A stretch of DNA of 12,849 nucleotides, taken from the NCBI GenBank assembly GCA_965233585.1, contig CBDDTI010000724.1, positions 1 through 12,849 on the forward strand, given 5' to 3'. Position 1 is the first letter of the stretch, and each line of letters starts with the position of its first letter. Source of the DNA: a bacterium (GTDB taxonomy: Bacteria; SAR324; NAC60-12). A model generated the notes under the pieces. The model saw only the letters and a program-made list of their open reading frames with translations, was not told the origin of the DNA and searched no databases. Of this stretch, positions 10,794 to 12,849 are shown one piece after another. A program made the translations under genes and the position numbers.

Positions 10794-10833
10794 CCCCACC
10801 CAACCCCCTCCCCCCCCTCCCCCCCACCACCAC
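10794..10833. repeat. C-rich low-complexity tract (G-runs on the transcribed sense strand)
   Basis: CCCCACCCAACCCCCTCCCCCCCCTCCCCCCCACCACCAC. Confidence 0.85.
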
Positions 10834-10949
10834 TAAAACAAAAAAATGACTCTCAATCGAACAAGTTTTAGCTAGAATTACAATACTCCCCAACAAGCTG
10901 TCAAACCTGACAAAATGTGACTGAAATCGACCAAAGTTTTGGGGGCTGT

Positions 10950-11318
10950 CATCCTTTCAAGTGTTCAGGACGGTACGGATGCAATGGTGGTACGATCGAA
11001 ACTTCAAAAAAAAAACATGGACTGACTGGCACAACGTTTGGGTAAGATGGTTGTGATGATCCCTAATAGACTCAATCTGGGCAAGCTTAGGAGCTTCACA
11101 GTAAGGAACCCTGGGAAAAATACCTGAGAGGGCTCATTTTGCACTCTTTCAAGGTCTAGCTGAACTAGGTATTTGAAAAGGGCGTAGTTGAATAATGGGC
11201 AGGCATAATCTAAAGTCGATCTAATACACACACAGTAATATGCTACTAGATCTTTGAGTGGAATCTGCGCACACTTTAACTGAACTAAGAAATACAGTTT
11301 GCGAGATGCTTTCTTCGC
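10950..11318 (-). mobile_element. 5'-truncated, frameshifted LINE fragment (CR1/L2 group, ORF2 C-terminal region)
   Basis: AKKASRKLYFLVQLKCAQIPLKDLVAYYCVCIRSTLDYACPLFNYALFKYLVQLDLERVQ, then after a frameshift ALSGIFPRVPYCEAPKLAQIESIRDHHNHLTQTLCQSV. This matches the post-RT KA.KRLY.L / IRS.L(D/E)YA / LERVQ motifs. The lower boundary is approximate. Confidence 0.88.
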
Positions 11319-11340
11319 GGTCGATAGATACTGGACTTAC

Positions 11341-11525
11341 TGTTAATTCTACACTCGTGCCATTTTTGCTTCCAGTAAGGTAAGAGATCTTGTAGGAAAC
11401 TAGCGTACTGTAGTTAAATGTTGGCTTTTCCCACGAAATTTTCAGACTAAAGCTTCCGCTGTCAGATGACAGAGAAAATTGTCCGGATGTCAAATAACGC
11501 ACTTTTACTTGGTCTGGATCTACAC
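11341..11525 (-). CDS. Receptor tyrosine kinase exon 3: N-terminal part of membrane-proximal FN3 domain
   Basis: (G)VDPDQVKVRYLTSGQFSLSSDSGSFSLKISWEKPTFNYSTLVSYKISYLTGSKNGTSVELT, with the FN3 ISWxxP and YxIxY motifs. Acceptor TTTAACAG, donor GTAAGT, phase 1 to 0, 185 nt. Confidence 0.9.
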
Positions 11526-11970
11526 CTGTTAAACGGAAATAAAAGGACAAAGTTATCTTCATAGGCGAGTAGAAGCAACCATTGAAATAATACTCTACAT
11601 CACAAAGGAGTTAAATTAATTAAAGCATAGTTCGTCTCATGTCATTAAAGAATGGTCAAGATATGGTCCCTAGAGTACTTAAAATAAAGAAGTCGACCTG
11701 ATGGGGTAATTATTTGGGCATGTGTCATGGTCGCTTTTAATCGACAATTTGCCAATTATTAAAGAAGTTACAGCGTAATCGTGGAAATCATCAATGAATA
11801 GTGTTATAATTCATTATAACAACGATTTGAAAGTAATTGTTTTAAGCAGAGCAAAGATGAGAAGTCCACGAAAAAGGCAGCTTTATATAAAAAAAAATAA
11901 TAACTTAAGAGGCATAAGTTAAACAGTGTGTGTATTCTTAGGCATATACATATCTAGATGAGCCTTTTAA

Positions 11971-12400
11971 AGGGAACCTCCACTCTTATCAAAGAATCAC
12001 TTTAAATCGGAGGATATAATTTTTGAAATAACGCTAGTTTTAATTTTTTTTTTTCAGAAGAGTGTCTATAGTGGAGAAAAACGAATCTCAGAATCGCGTA
12101 TTTTTGTTTTCAAATTTCCTCGGCGCCGCCATCTTGAATAATTGTGACGTGAAATGGTTGCCCTTTTGTCATAAGACAAAAGCTCTTTGTCTAATAACAA
12201 AAGAGCAACCAAGACACGTCACATTTATTCAAGATGGCGGCGTCCAGGAAATTTGAAAACAAAAATACGCGATTCTGAAATTCGTTTTTCTCCACTATAG
12301 ACACTCCTCTGGAAAAAAAAAAAAGAATTAAAACAAGCGTTATTGCAAATATTATACCCTCCGATTTAAAGTGATTCTTTGATAGGAGTGGAGGTTCCCT
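11971..12400. mobile_element. 430-bp foldback MITE with TTAA TSD and AGGG...CCCT termini (Kolobok-like)
   Basis: AGGGAACCTCCACTCTTATCAAAGAATCAC... and ...GTGATTCTTTGATAGGAGTGGAGGTTCCCT. It is palindromic along almost its entire length. TTAA lies at 11967-11970 and 12401-12404. Confidence 0.92.
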
Positions 12401-12409
12401 TTAACCAAC

Positions 12410-12476
12410 CAGGAGTAGCTATTATAAAAGAGGTCCAATTTGTCAACGGTTTACCATCCGGAAACTCTGGTCTGAT
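12410..12476 (-). CDS. Receptor tyrosine kinase exon 2: end of upstream FN3 domain
   Basis: IRPEFPDGKPLTNWTSFIIATP. Acceptor TTTTTCTTATAG, donor GTTGGT, phase 0 to 1, 67 nt. It joins in frame to 11525. Confidence 0.8.
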
Positions 12477-12744
12477 CTATAAGAAAAAATTCACAGGCAC
12501 AAATCAAATCCGAAAAAAGGAAACAACTAAGCAAACAAAAACAAAATCAAACCAACAAAGAAAGAAAAAAACCTCAAGAGTCTGCTTTAGATTTGACGAC
12601 TGCTATGTCTAAATGTGAGCAAAAGGTGTTTGGTTTGGAGAGAAGGAGAATAATGTTTCTCGATATAAAAACTCTTAACCGCTAGCTCCTCACCTGTGCT
12701 TGCATTTTACCGATTCTTTATGTCCTCAACGGAAAATCAATTAC

Positions 12745-12801
12745 CTCAAGTTTGTTAGAAGTCCCAGGAAGAAGGTTTGTTATTGTGTAACGATTAACAA
12801 C
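12745..12801 (-). CDS. Receptor tyrosine kinase exon 1 (in window): FN3 strands E-F
   Basis: VVNRYTITNLLPGTSNKLE, with the FN3 YTITNLxPGT motif. Acceptor ATTTTGCAG, donor GTAATT, phase 0 to 0, 57 nt. The gene continues beyond the right edge. Confidence 0.85.
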
Positions 12802-12849
12802 CTGCAAAATAATAAAAACACATCAAAATACGACTGACTGACCCTGTCG

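Noticed and set aside
12843..12849. Possible exon end with donor GTCAGT at the right edge
   Set aside because: It would imply a 41-nt intron, and only 7 nt are visible.

Overview
AT-rich animal genomic DNA. The repeat families look cnidarian, probably a stony coral, but that is an inference from their style and not a database result. The minus strand carries eight GT-AG exons (12801 to 6415) that splice in frame to 978 nt / 326 aa of a receptor tyrosine kinase: about 1.5 fibronectin type III domains, a transmembrane helix, a short juxtamembrane segment and the kinase N-lobe (RET/FGFR-like). I found no catalytic-loop (HRD) or DFG exon in the 6.4 kb downstream. Instead, a possible plus-strand terminal exon (3-149) faces the gene. 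The rest is a dense mosaic of non-autonomous DNA elements: CACTA-like, PIF/Harbinger-like, an ISL2EU-like element with a decayed THAP domain, Tc1/mariner-like and Kolobok-like foldbacks, and a 65-bp element with a 9-bp target site duplication (TSD). There is also a CR1/L2-group LINE fragment and a (TA)n tract. The most unusual signal is a set of sequence-divergent 'double-hairpin' elements. In each, an internal junction is the reverse complement of the element's own joined ends, and the hairpin tip carries a GCGNAGC-type mini-hairpin. This fits a single-stranded dumbbell or circle intermediate, possibly mobilised by a tyrosine recombinase.
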